In this document: positions 33,747 to 42,165 of the stretch, piece after piece
Position numbering within the stretch: the first letter of the stretch is position 1
Layout: the number at the start of each line of letters is the position of its first letter
Assembly: GCA_040080965.1 (NCBI GenBank)
Contig: JBEBHH010000004.1
Location: 42,170 to 106,169 of the forward strand
DNA from: Gammaproteobacteria bacterium
Lineage (GTDB): Bacteria > Pseudomonadota > Gammaproteobacteria > Steroidobacterales > GCA-2729495
Direction of reading: 5' to 3'
DNA length: 64,000 nucleotides
Made by a program: the position numbers and the translations under genes
Notes under the pieces: model-generated
What the model was told of the DNA's origin: nothing
Seen by the model: the letters and a program-made list of their open reading frames with translations, nothing else
Database searches by the model: none

Positions 33747-34240
33747 CCGCCTTTCGCGTGCTGGTTGCCGACAAGGTGAAGGCGCAGCTCTACGACCTGC
33801 CCGGCCGTCGCGGCGCGCTGAAGGCCCTGCAGAGTTTCGTGAACCTGGCCGGCATGCAGCCCGAGCGCGCCCTGGGCAGCGGGCGGCCAGGCCGCGTGAC
33901 CAGCGGCACCGGCGGAGGCCGTCACGCCTACCAGCCGAAGCACGGGATCAAGGAGCACGCCGAAGAGGTGTTCGTCCGGCAGGTCGTGTCGGCCCTGGAG
34001 GCCGATGCCAGTGCGAATGGCGGGATACCGATCGTGCTGGTCGCGGCGCCTCGCCTGCTGGGCGCCTATCGCCGCCAGCTGCCCGCCAGCCTGCGGGAAC
34101 GGGTGGCCGTCGAGATCCGCCTCGACCTGACGAAGCTGCCCGTGCTCGAACTGAACAAGCGCGTGCGGGAAGCCGTCACGGCGCTGCCTCTCTCCGTGAC
34201 GTCGCGGTTTCGCACACCGCGGCGGCGGACGACGGCCTGA
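33743..34240 (+). CDS. Host-attachment-protein family (PF10116-like) protein
   Basis: ATGA overlap with the TetR stop. FRVLVADKVKAQLYD.., GGGRHAYQPK.., IVLVAAPRLLGAYRRQLP..DLTKLP match my recollection of the Host_attach family. Confidence 0.6.
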   Translation: MTAFRVLVADKVKAQLYDLPGRRGALKALQSFVNLAGMQPERALGSGRPGRVTSGTGGGRHAYQPKHGIKEHAEEVFVRQVVSALEADASANGGIPIVLVAAPRLLGAYRRQLPASLRERVAVEIRLDLTKLPVLELNKRVREAVTALPLSVTSRFRTPRRRTTA

Positions 34241-34246
34241 TCCGGG

Positions 34247-35194
34247 TTAGCCTGCGCCGCCGTCGTCCAATGGCGTCCACGAGGCGTCCGGATCGAAATC
34301 CTGGATCGTCTCGACGACGGTGGCCGTGTCTTCGCCCAGGTCCTTCTCGAAGACGACCCCATCCTGGTTGACGACGAAGGTCATCACGCCGCTGGCGCCG
34401 TAGTCGGCGGGCCAGGCGATCAGCGCGAAGCCCTGGGTCAGCAGGCCGTCAGTGAAATACGGAAAGGCGCCGCCGTTGGCTGACGGGCCCTGGCCGTACA
34501 ACGACCGGTAGTAGTAGCCGTGGTAGGGCACCCGCTGGCCCTCGGCCCCGGCGCGGTAGCCCTCCGATCCCGCCAACGCAACGAACGGGCCTGCCGGGCT
34601 CGGGGGCTCGTCGTCAGCCGTGGGCCAGTAAAGGCCATTCTGCCGGTCGGCGTCGCTGAGCAGTTTCTGCGCGTAGACGCCGGCGGGATTGCCGTCGCGG
34701 GCTGCCGTCGCGTAGTCGAGCTGCGCCTCGACGAAGCCGCGGGCAACGGCGATGGCGCCGAGCTCGTTCGAGCCGATGCGCCGGTAGATGATCTCGTCGG
34801 CCCCCGCTGCGCCGTCCAGGTACCAGCGGCCGCCACGCAGGACCACGGGAACGGGCACCGGCCAGTCCTGCGCGCCAACCTGGAGCACGCGCTTGCTGTC
34901 GCCATCGGCCACCAGCTCGTGCTTCTCCCGGTAGGAGGCAACGAACGAGTCGCGATCCGACTTGTCGGCCACCGGATCGCCGGACGAAACCAGATCCTCA
35001 GAGCCCGGGCCGAGGAGCTTGCCGAGGGTCGGCACCTCGCCCTTCTCGAGGGCAGCGACGAGAGCGGTGACCGCTTCGTCCGCGGTGGCAAATGAAGTGT
35101 GGGCCTCGGGCTTCGGTGCGCAGCCTGAAACCAGCGCGGCGGCCACCAGCACGACTGCGACGCCGGCCTTGCGGAAACTGTTTGCCGTGTTCAT
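34247..35194 (-). CDS. DUF2950 domain lipoprotein
   Basis: Lipobox LVSGC. WPVPVPVV..GRWYLDGAAGADEIIYRRIGSNELGAIAVARGFVEAQLDY, PYHGYYYRSL, GFALIAWPADYGASGVMTFVVNQDGVVFEKDLG: the hallmark DUF2950 blocks. Confidence 0.75.
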   Translation of the reverse strand: MNTANSFRKAGVAVVLVAAALVSGCAPKPEAHTSFATADEAVTALVAALEKGEVPTLGKLLGPGSEDLVSSGDPVADKSDRDSFVASYREKHELVADGDSKRVLQVGAQDWPVPVPVVLRGGRWYLDGAAGADEIIYRRIGSNELGAIAVARGFVEAQLDYATAARDGNPAGVYAQKLLSDADRQNGLYWPTADDEPPSPAGPFVALAGSEGYRAGAEGQRVPYHGYYYRSLYGQGPSANGGAFPYFTDGLLTQGFALIAWPADYGASGVMTFVVNQDGVVFEKDLGEDTATVVETIQDFDPDASWTPLDDGGAG

Positions 35195-35206
35195 GAATTG
35201 CTCTCC

Positions 35207-36877
35207 TTAGCGCCGGCTCTTGCCGGCACCGCCGCTTTTCGCGCCGCCACCCTTGGAGCGCGCGCCCTGGGGCATGCTCTGCCGGCCGCGCTGGCTGGCG
35301 GCCCGGTCGTTGCCACCGCCTTTCGCGCCGCCGAAGCTGCTACTGCCACCGCTCTGGTCCGCAGAAGGCCTGGACGCCGGCCGTGATTGCTGCGGCTGGC
35401 GGTCCTGCTTCGGCGACTGCGCCTGCCGGCTGGCCGGCGTCTGCTGGGACGGCCGTGACGTCGTCTTCTGGGCCTGCTGGCGCGCTGGCGTCTTGTTGCC
35501 CTCGTAGCCCCGGTCCACCCTGGCTGCCTGGGACGGCTGCACGCGGGCGGCATTGGCCCCCATGCCAGGCGCCTCCGGCCTGCCGGCCACCATCTTGTCC
35601 CGGGCGGCCTTGCCTTCCGGCGTGGCGCCGGCGTAACCGCCCTGCACCTTGCCCTTGCCCTTGCCACCGGCACCCTGGTAGCTGCTCTGCCCCTGCCACC
35701 CGGCACCCTTGTCAGTGGCCGCCGGACGCGGCTGCGTCTTCGCCGTCGCCTGCCGCGTGCGCTGCTGCTGGTCCAGCTCCTGGAGTTCGGTCCGGTTCGG
35801 GCGGGCCGTGGAGATCGGGCTCTTCGGCTGGCCGGGCCGGTTGCCATTCCCGTAGTTGTTCCAGTAATCGTTGCCCTGGTTGTTCACGATGATCGTGTTG
35901 TTGTTGAAGCCGTTCTGGTAGTTGGGCGGCCGGTTGTAGCCCGTGCCGGGCCGGTACCCGCCGCCGTAGGGTGGCCGGTAATACGCCGGCGGCGGCGGAT
36001 AGTAGGGACGTCCGCCGTAGTACATGCCGCCGTAACCGTAGTTCGGGTAGTAGTTGTCGTAGTCATCGTCGTCATCGAAGACTTCGGCGACGAGAAGGCC
36101 GGCGCCGAAGGACAGCAGCCCGGTGGTGATCAGGGCTCCCGTGCTGTGGCCTTCCTTTTCCTGGACCACTGTCGTGGTCGTGGCCGGCGCCGGAATGGTG
36201 GCGGGCGGCGGTGCGTAGACCGCGACGGGATCGTACTGGGGCACGTAGACGACCTTGGGATCGGCGGGCTTGACGGTGATGACTTCCTTGCCGTCCTGTT
36301 CTTCCGTCTCGACCTTCAGCTGGTCGGAACTCGCCAGGTTGCCCACGTCCGCGGACTGCTTGCGGAGCCGCTGGACGGCGTCCAGCACGCTGGCCTGGTC
36401 GGCGCTGAAGGCCTCGCCCAACTGGGTGGTCCAGTCGAGCTTCATGCACATCATGTCCACCACTTCCGGAAACTGGAGGAGCGCCCGCATGGAAGGGCTG
36501 AAGCCCAGGGGCTCGGCCGCCTCGTCCAGGGCCCGGCCCTCGAGGTCCGGGTTCTGGATGAGCCAGTTGCCGGCATCGAGCACCATCTGGGGATTGGTTG
36601 CCGAGGTGAGCACCTGGGCCAGCACCGGGTCCGGATAGAGGGCAATGGGCGCCAGGAGCGCCTCCAGGACCTCGGGGGTCAGGGCCAGGCTGGCCTCGAC
36701 CGCTCCAGCGGCAGGTTCATCCCCTGCCGGGGGCGCAGCTCCCGTCGCCGGGGCTTCGGTGGCTGCCGGCACGACGGGCGCCGTGGCTTCCTTGGGGCCG
36801 CAGGCGGCCAGCAGGGCACCCAGCGCCAGGATGCCGGCGAGGTTGTACGTGGGAACGGCTGAAGGACGATGCTTCAC
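35207..36877 (-). CDS. DUF3300 domain protein with long disordered Tyr/Gly/Pro/Asn/Gln/Lys-rich C-terminal half
   Basis: Start moved to the in-frame GTG at 36877 (VKHRPSAVPTYNLAGILALGALLAACG). LLAPIALYPDPVLAQVLTSATNPQMVLDAGNWL and FPEVVDMMCMKLDWTTQLGEAF are the DUF3300 signature. Confidence 0.7.
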   Translation of the reverse strand: MKHRPSAVPTYNLAGILALGALLAACGPKEATAPVVPAATEAPATGAAPPAGDEPAAGAVEASLALTPEVLEALLAPIALYPDPVLAQVLTSATNPQMVLDAGNWLIQNPDLEGRALDEAAEPLGFSPSMRALLQFPEVVDMMCMKLDWTTQLGEAFSADQASVLDAVQRLRKQSADVGNLASSDQLKVETEEQDGKEVITVKPADPKVVYVPQYDPVAVYAPPPATIPAPATTTTVVQEKEGHSTGALITTGLLSFGAGLLVAEVFDDDDDYDNYYPNYGYGGMYYGGRPYYPPPPAYYRPPYGGGYRPGTGYNRPPNYQNGFNNNTIIVNNQGNDYWNNYGNGNRPGQPKSPISTARPNRTELQELDQQQRTRQATAKTQPRPAATDKGAGWQGQSSYQGAGGKGKGKVQGGYAGATPEGKAARDKMVAGRPEAPGMGANAARVQPSQAARVDRGYEGNKTPARQQAQKTTSRPSQQTPASRQAQSPKQDRQPQQSRPASRPSADQSGGSSSFGGAKGGGNDRAASQRGRQSMPQGARSKGGGAKSGGAGKSRR

Positions 36878-36952
36878 GTTGGTATCCCAACCCTTCTTCT
36901 GGTCATCCCGGTGAACGGACCGGTGCCGGCAAAGAGTAGCACCCGGAGCCAA

Positions 36953-36989
36953 GAAAAAAGGCCCCGGTCGCTCGCTGGCGACCGGGGCC
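36953..36989 (-). terminator. Rho-independent terminator of the OmpW::OmpA gene
   Basis: The minus strand reads GGCCCCGGTCGC-CAGCGA-GCGACCGGGGCC followed by TTTTTTCTT (12-bp stem at 36960-36989, A-run at 36954-36959 on the plus strand). It lies 38 nt after the stop at 37027. Confidence 0.8.
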
Positions 36990-37026
36990 CTGGTCTTCGC
37001 TGGTCAGGTCCTCGGGCTGGTGGCGC

Positions 37027-38205
37027 TTACTTCGGCGCGTCGCAGTCCGTGCGCTTCAGAACCACGCGGCGGTTCTGGGCGCGGCCTTCGGTCGTCGCGT
37101 TGTCGGCAACCGGCTCGCTCTCGCCAGCACCGGAGGCCGACAGGCGGCCGACGGCGACGCCCTTGTCCTGCAGGTACGCCGCGACAGTCTCGGCGCGCCG
37201 CTCGGAGAGGGCCTGGTTGTAGGCCTCGGAACCGGAGCTGTCCGTGTGGCCAACGACCGTGCCGGAGACGAACTTCAGCCGGATCAGGTTCACGGCCATC
37301 TCGTCCAGCGCGGCCTTGTCATCGGCGGTGAGCTCGGCGGAGTTCAGCTTGAACTGCACCTGGCGGGTGATGTCGCAGGAGCAGCCCTGCAGACCGACCC
37401 GGTCGCCCTTCGGCGTGTCGGGGCACTGGTCGCTGCCATCGACAATGCCATCGCCGTCCGTGTCGGCCGGAGCCGGCGGCGGGGGCGGCGGAGCAGCGAC
37501 AGCGGCAGCCACGGGGGCCGCCGCAGCGGCGGCGACCACGGGGGCGGCCTTGCCAAAGCGGTAGCCGACCTGGACCTGGTAGATGAACGGATCGATCTCG
37601 ACGGTGCCCAGCTGGACCGTGTCGCCCGTTTCGGTATCGGTCAGCTCGAGGTCGCTATCGATATCGATGTAGCGAACAGCCGCGTTCAGGAACCAGTTGC
37701 CGGTCAGTCCGACATCGATGCCAACCTGGCCGGCTGCGCCCCAGGAATCATCCAGGGAGGGATCAGCCAGGTCGTTGGCAGCCAGTGCGCCACCCTTGGC
37801 CTTCTCGTTCATGAAGGTGGTGTAGTTCAGGCCCGCACCGATGTAGGGGCGGAAGGTGCCATCCGGGTTGAAGTGGTACTGGAGGCTGAGGGTCGGGGGC
37901 AGGTGGTCGACTTCCGCGATGGTTCCCGCGCCGTCCAGGTCGACATCGTGCGTGAACGGATACGCGGCCAGGAGCTCGACACCGAACTTGTCGGCGAACA
38001 TGTACGTGCCTTCGATCGTGGCGCTCGTCCCCGTGTCGACCTGCAGCTCACCCAGGGGGGTCGTCAGGTTGTCACTCTTGGGATCGACGACGCCGACGCC
38101 GGCGCGGAGGAGCCAGTCGCCCTTGGCGGCGGTGGCGGTGAGGGGCTGCAGGCACATCCCGGCGGCAGCCAGTGCTATGCCGAGCCGTAAAGATCTGGAT
38201 TTCAT
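37027..38205 (-). CDS. Outer-membrane fusion protein: OmpW-family beta-barrel + thrombospondin-type-3-like Ca-binding repeat + OmpA C-terminal peptidoglycan-binding domain
   Basis: OmpW blocks GDWLLRAGVGVVDPKSDN, HLPPTLSLQYHF, RPYIGAGLNYTTF, IDPFIYQVQVGYRF. Ala/Pro linker. DTDGDGIVDGSDQCPDTPKG. OmpA_C blocks VGHTDSSGSEAYNQALSERRAETV..NRRVVL. Confidence 0.75.
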   Translation of the reverse strand: MKSRSLRLGIALAAAGMCLQPLTATAAKGDWLLRAGVGVVDPKSDNLTTPLGELQVDTGTSATIEGTYMFADKFGVELLAAYPFTHDVDLDGAGTIAEVDHLPPTLSLQYHFNPDGTFRPYIGAGLNYTTFMNEKAKGGALAANDLADPSLDDSWGAAGQVGIDVGLTGNWFLNAAVRYIDIDSDLELTDTETGDTVQLGTVEIDPFIYQVQVGYRFGKAAPVVAAAAAAPVAAAVAAPPPPPPAPADTDGDGIVDGSDQCPDTPKGDRVGLQGCSCDITRQVQFKLNSAELTADDKAALDEMAVNLIRLKFVSGTVVGHTDSSGSEAYNQALSERRAETVAAYLQDKGVAVGRLSASGAGESEPVADNATTEGRAQNRRVVLKRTDCDAPK

Positions 38206-38327
38206 GGTTAGCTTCCTTTGTTTCCTATTTGGTGTGGCCCGGATACCACCTTGCGCTGGCTAATCCGGATTCCCGCCGCGACAATTGTGCAACGGTCATT
38301 CGCCGCTTGTAATTGCGGAAACCACGG

Positions 38328-39245
38328 ATGGGGCTATCAGACCTGAAACTCGCCATCGCTGCCACCCGTCCCCGGTTCCTTACCGCCTCGCTCCTGCCGG
38401 TCCTGATCGGCAGCGCCTGGGGCTGGCGGGTGGCGGGCGGGCTGGACCTGCCCGCCATGAGCCTGGCGCTGCTCGCAACCCTGCTGGTCCATGCCGCCAG
38501 CAACGTCTACAACGATGTGAGCGACGAGGAACTGGGTAGCGACCGCGCGAACACGACCCGGATCCCCCCGTATACCGGCGGGTCCCGCTTCATCCAGGAC
38601 GGCCTGCTCGGACTCGGGGACATGCGGCGGCTGGCCGCGGTTCTCTCCCTGCTGGCCACGGTCGCCGGGGCGTGGCTGGCGCTGCGCGCGGGTCCCGGCG
38701 TGCTGGCGTTCGGGGCCGCCGGCGCCGCGCTGGGCGCCGCCTACTCGCTGCCGGGGGTGCGACTCAGCGGCCTCGGGCTGGGCGAGGCCGCCATCGCGGT
38801 GGCCTTCGGGGTGCTGCCGGTCACCGGAGCCGCCTGGCTGCAGACGGGCTCACTGGATGCGGGCCCACTATTCCTGTCCCTCCCCGTCAGCGCCTGGGTT
38901 GCCGCCATCATCCTGGCCAACGAGGTTCCGGACGCGCCGTCCGACGGGGCCACCGGCAAGAGGACCCTGGCGGTGCGCCTGGGCGCGCGGACCCCGCTCC
39001 TGCATGCCCTGATGCAGGTCGGCGGATTTGCCTCACTGGCCGTGACGGCAGGGCTGGGCCTGGTGCCGGTGTGGGCCGTGTCGCTGCCGACAGTGCTGCT
39101 GGCAGCCGGCCTGTACGCGAGCCGGTCGCTGGCAGGCTCGCGGGTGCGGCTGGCCCTCGGCATCCGGCTGACCCTCGGCATCCACGCGGTCGGCTCGCTC
39201 TGGCTGCTCGCGGCAATCATCGCCGGCCGCACGCCGGCCGCCTGA
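38328..39245 (+). CDS. UbiA-family prenyltransferase (MenA-like)
   Basis: The ATG at 38328 is preferred over the track TTG at 38313. About 8-9 TM helices and the first Asp-rich motif NVYNDVSDEELGSD. Confidence 0.75.
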   Translation: MGLSDLKLAIAATRPRFLTASLLPVLIGSAWGWRVAGGLDLPAMSLALLATLLVHAASNVYNDVSDEELGSDRANTTRIPPYTGGSRFIQDGLLGLGDMRRLAAVLSLLATVAGAWLALRAGPGVLAFGAAGAALGAAYSLPGVRLSGLGLGEAAIAVAFGVLPVTGAAWLQTGSLDAGPLFLSLPVSAWVAAIILANEVPDAPSDGATGKRTLAVRLGARTPLLHALMQVGGFASLAVTAGLGLVPVWAVSLPTVLLAAGLYASRSLAGSRVRLALGIRLTLGIHAVGSLWLLAAIIAGRTPAA

Positions 39246-39362
39246 ATCCCGGGAAACTACGCATGGCGGAGCCAGGCACCCGCGTGATCTGGTAAGCGGG
39301 ACGGCATAATCGCGCCCGCCCGGCCGCCCGACCTCCGGGTTGGCGGCTACTGGAGCATCGAG

Positions 39363-39809
39363 GTGTACGAGGACTGGACGGCCAACCTCATGGTCGTGTT
39401 CGCCACCATCCTGGCCGTGAGCGCCGCGGTGCTGGTGCACTACGAGGGCCTGAATCTCCTCTCGCTTTGGCTTTCCAAGCGCCGGGAGCAGCACCCGAGG
39501 CGCAAGGTGCTCTACGGGATCTTCGGTGTGCTGACGCTGCACATCGTCGAGATCTGGATCTTCGGGGTCGCGATCTGGCTGACGCTGATGTTCCCCAGTA
39601 CAGGCAGCGTGTCCGGTAGCGCGGCGACGACCCTCCTGGACGCCGTGTACCTTTCGGCCATCACCTACACCACCGTGGGCTTCGGCGACCTGGCGCCGGT
39701 CGGCCCGATCCGGTTCATCGGCGGCACGATGGCCCTGACCGGCTTCGTGCTGATCACCTGGTCCGCCTCGTTCACGTTCCTCGAGATGGAACGCTACTGG
39801 CGCCGGTAG
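39363..39809 (+). CDS. Minimal two-TM potassium channel (KcsA-like pore only)
   Basis: 148 aa. Selectivity filter TTVGFGD between two hydrophobic helices. GTG start with GGAG 7 nt upstream. Confidence 0.75.
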   Translation: MYEDWTANLMVVFATILAVSAAVLVHYEGLNLLSLWLSKRREQHPRRKVLYGIFGVLTLHIVEIWIFGVAIWLTLMFPSTGSVSGSAATTLLDAVYLSAITYTTVGFGDLAPVGPIRFIGGTMALTGFVLITWSASFTFLEMERYWRR

Positions 39810-39836
39810 AATCCGCTCTCCAGCGAGGGAATTGAA

Positions 39837-40958
39837 ATGCTGATCACGAACGTCTGGTACATCGCCGAGTGGAGCGAGAACGTCACGGACAAGCCCGTGA
39901 AGTCGAAGATGCTTGGCCGCGACTTCGTCCTCTTCCGCGACGGGTCGGGCACCGCCCACTGCCTCAGCAACACCTGCTGCCACCGCGGCGCGAGCCTTTC
40001 CCAGGGCAAGTGCCAGGCGGATGGCACGGTGTCCTGCCCTTTCCACGGCTGGCGGTTCGACGCAGAGGGGCGCTGCACCAACATTCCCTCGGCGGCCAAC
40101 CCGGCGGGCGACATTCCCGCGGCGGCGAAAGTGGACAGCTACCCCACCCGGGAGCAGCACGGCCTCATCTGGGTCTTCCTCGGCGACCGGCCGGAGGAGG
40201 CGCACCCGCTCTTCGACATGCCGGAGAACACGGACCCCGCGTGGAGGAAGGTCACCTTCACCGACACCTGGAAGGCGAATCTTCACTGGATGAAGATGGT
40301 CGACCTTGACCAGGTCCACCTGCACATCGTGCACGGCATCCCCCTCAACGAGGAAAACCCGAGCCGCCCCTCCGCCCACACGGTGGAGCCGCTCGAGAAC
40401 GGCTTCCGCACCCACCTCGTGTCGCGCCCGCCGCCGCGGGGCGGCTCCTGGGCCCAGCTGCGCCAGGAACGCGCCGAGATCAATTCCTACCTGACCTTCT
40501 ACGTGCCGGGCTTCACGCTCTACGGCAGGGTGGAGATCGCCAAGGGCTTCAGCAACGTGTTCTATTCCATGTCCACGCCCGTCGACGAGGAGAACACGAA
40601 GCTCTACCTCATCGCCTTCCGGAACTTCATGCTCGAGCCGGACAAGGACAAGGACCACCTGGACCGCAACCTGCGCAACGTCTACCAGGACAAGGCCATC
40701 GCCGAGGGCCACTTCCCGAAGCGGGCGCCGGACGTGGCCGAGTGGCCCGTCATCAACGTGGACCGGGAGGACCTGCTCATGCAGACCTACTGGCGTCTCA
40801 TGCGCCAGCTGCGCGCAAAGGGCTGGCAGATCGACCGCGTGGCGCTCGACGAACTGGACCGCAACGGCGATCCCCGCGTCATTCCCAGCCCGGGCCGCCG
40901 TGCGGACCCCGCCAACTGGGTTTACAGGGCGGTCCCGCTGATCGCGGCGGGCCAGTAA
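39837..40958 (+). CDS. Rieske [2Fe-2S] non-haem-iron oxygenase (PaO/KshA-like alpha subunit)
   Basis: Rieske motif CCHRGASLSQGKCQADGTVSCPFHGWRF and a downstream His-rich block DLDQVHLHIVHG for the mononuclear iron. Confidence 0.8.
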   Translation: MLITNVWYIAEWSENVTDKPVKSKMLGRDFVLFRDGSGTAHCLSNTCCHRGASLSQGKCQADGTVSCPFHGWRFDAEGRCTNIPSAANPAGDIPAAAKVDSYPTREQHGLIWVFLGDRPEEAHPLFDMPENTDPAWRKVTFTDTWKANLHWMKMVDLDQVHLHIVHGIPLNEENPSRPSAHTVEPLENGFRTHLVSRPPPRGGSWAQLRQERAEINSYLTFYVPGFTLYGRVEIAKGFSNVFYSMSTPVDEENTKLYLIAFRNFMLEPDKDKDHLDRNLRNVYQDKAIAEGHFPKRAPDVAEWPVINVDREDLLMQTYWRLMRQLRAKGWQIDRVALDELDRNGDPRVIPSPGRRADPANWVYRAVPLIAAGQ

Positions 40959-41010
40959 CGGGCAGGCACGGGGTACACTGGGCGATCAGACCGCGCTGCA
41001 GGGCGCCGAA

Positions 41011-42120
41011 ATGAAGGGAGCAGAGCAGGACATGGCTACGACGAACGCAGAGCAGGCTGGAACTTCGGGCGAGAGTGGCGGGGCCCGGCGGCTTGCGGAC
41101 CTGCGGGATGCCCTCGCGCCCTTCAAGCGGCGCAGGACGGGCACGGCCCTGGGCCTCTTTGCCGGCGACGTCCTCGTGCTGGCGGCCGGCCAGGCCCTGG
41201 TGATCTTCGGGCCCGGGATGCTGCTGCGAATCCTGGGAGCCCTGCTTACCTGGGTCGGCATCGTCCGGCTCTTCCTGATCGGCCATGATGCGTGCCACGG
41301 CGCGCTGACCGACAGCGACCGTCTGAACAGCGTGCTGGGGCGGCTCGCCTTCCTGCCGTCGCTGACCCCTTTCTCCCTGTGGTACGTGGGTCACAACGTG
41401 GTGCACCACGGCTTCAACAACCTGCGGGGCCGGGATTTCGTCTGGGAGCCCAAGTCGCCGGAGGACTACCGCAACCTGCCTGCCTGGCGGCGGGCACTCG
41501 AGCGGCTGTACCGAAGCGCAGCAGGTCCGGCGCCCTACTATTTCCTCGAGATCTGGTGGAAGCGCCTCTACTTCCCCGGCCTGGCACGGCTCAAGACCCG
41601 GCGCTGGCAGTTCGTGGCCGACTGCACGGCGGTGACCGTCGTGGCCGTTGCCTGGATCGCCGGCCTCGCGCTGGTCGCCGGCCCGATGGGAGTTTCGGCC
41701 TGGATGCTCGTGACCCTCGGGGTGCTCCTGCCCTTCTTCATGTGGATCTGGACCGTCGGGCTCGTGATCTACCTGCATCACACGGCGCCAGACCTGCGCT
41801 GGTTCGATGACCGGCGCGAGTGGCTGAAGGCCGCCGCCCAGGCCACCGCCACCCGGCACCTGACCCTGCCGCCGCTGTTCGAGACGCTCCTGCACCAGAT
41901 CATGGCGCATCCGGTGCACCACCTGGACGGGACGATCCCGTGCTACCACCTCAAGGCGGCGCAGCGCCGGCTCATGGAAATGCTGCCGGAGATCAAGCCG
42001 GTGCGGCTCACCTGGCGCTACTACCGGGAGTGCGTCCGCATCTGCAAGACCTACGACTTCTCGGCAGGCACCTGGCGGCCGTTCTGGACGGCCGGGCAGC
42101 TCGCATCGGCAGCTGCCTAG
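41011..42120 (+). CDS. Membrane fatty-acid desaturase family protein
   Basis: Three His boxes HDACHG, HNVVHH, HPVHH, and TM helices between them. An alternative ATG lies at 41032. Confidence 0.8.
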   Translation: MKGAEQDMATTNAEQAGTSGESGGARRLADLRDALAPFKRRRTGTALGLFAGDVLVLAAGQALVIFGPGMLLRILGALLTWVGIVRLFLIGHDACHGALTDSDRLNSVLGRLAFLPSLTPFSLWYVGHNVVHHGFNNLRGRDFVWEPKSPEDYRNLPAWRRALERLYRSAAGPAPYYFLEIWWKRLYFPGLARLKTRRWQFVADCTAVTVVAVAWIAGLALVAGPMGVSAWMLVTLGVLLPFFMWIWTVGLVIYLHHTAPDLRWFDDRREWLKAAAQATATRHLTLPPLFETLLHQIMAHPVHHLDGTIPCYHLKAAQRRLMEMLPEIKPVRLTWRYYRECVRICKTYDFSAGTWRPFWTAGQLASAAA

Positions 42121-42165
42121 ACGGCAAAAGCACCACAAGAACAATTGAATGACAGGAGTCACGCC

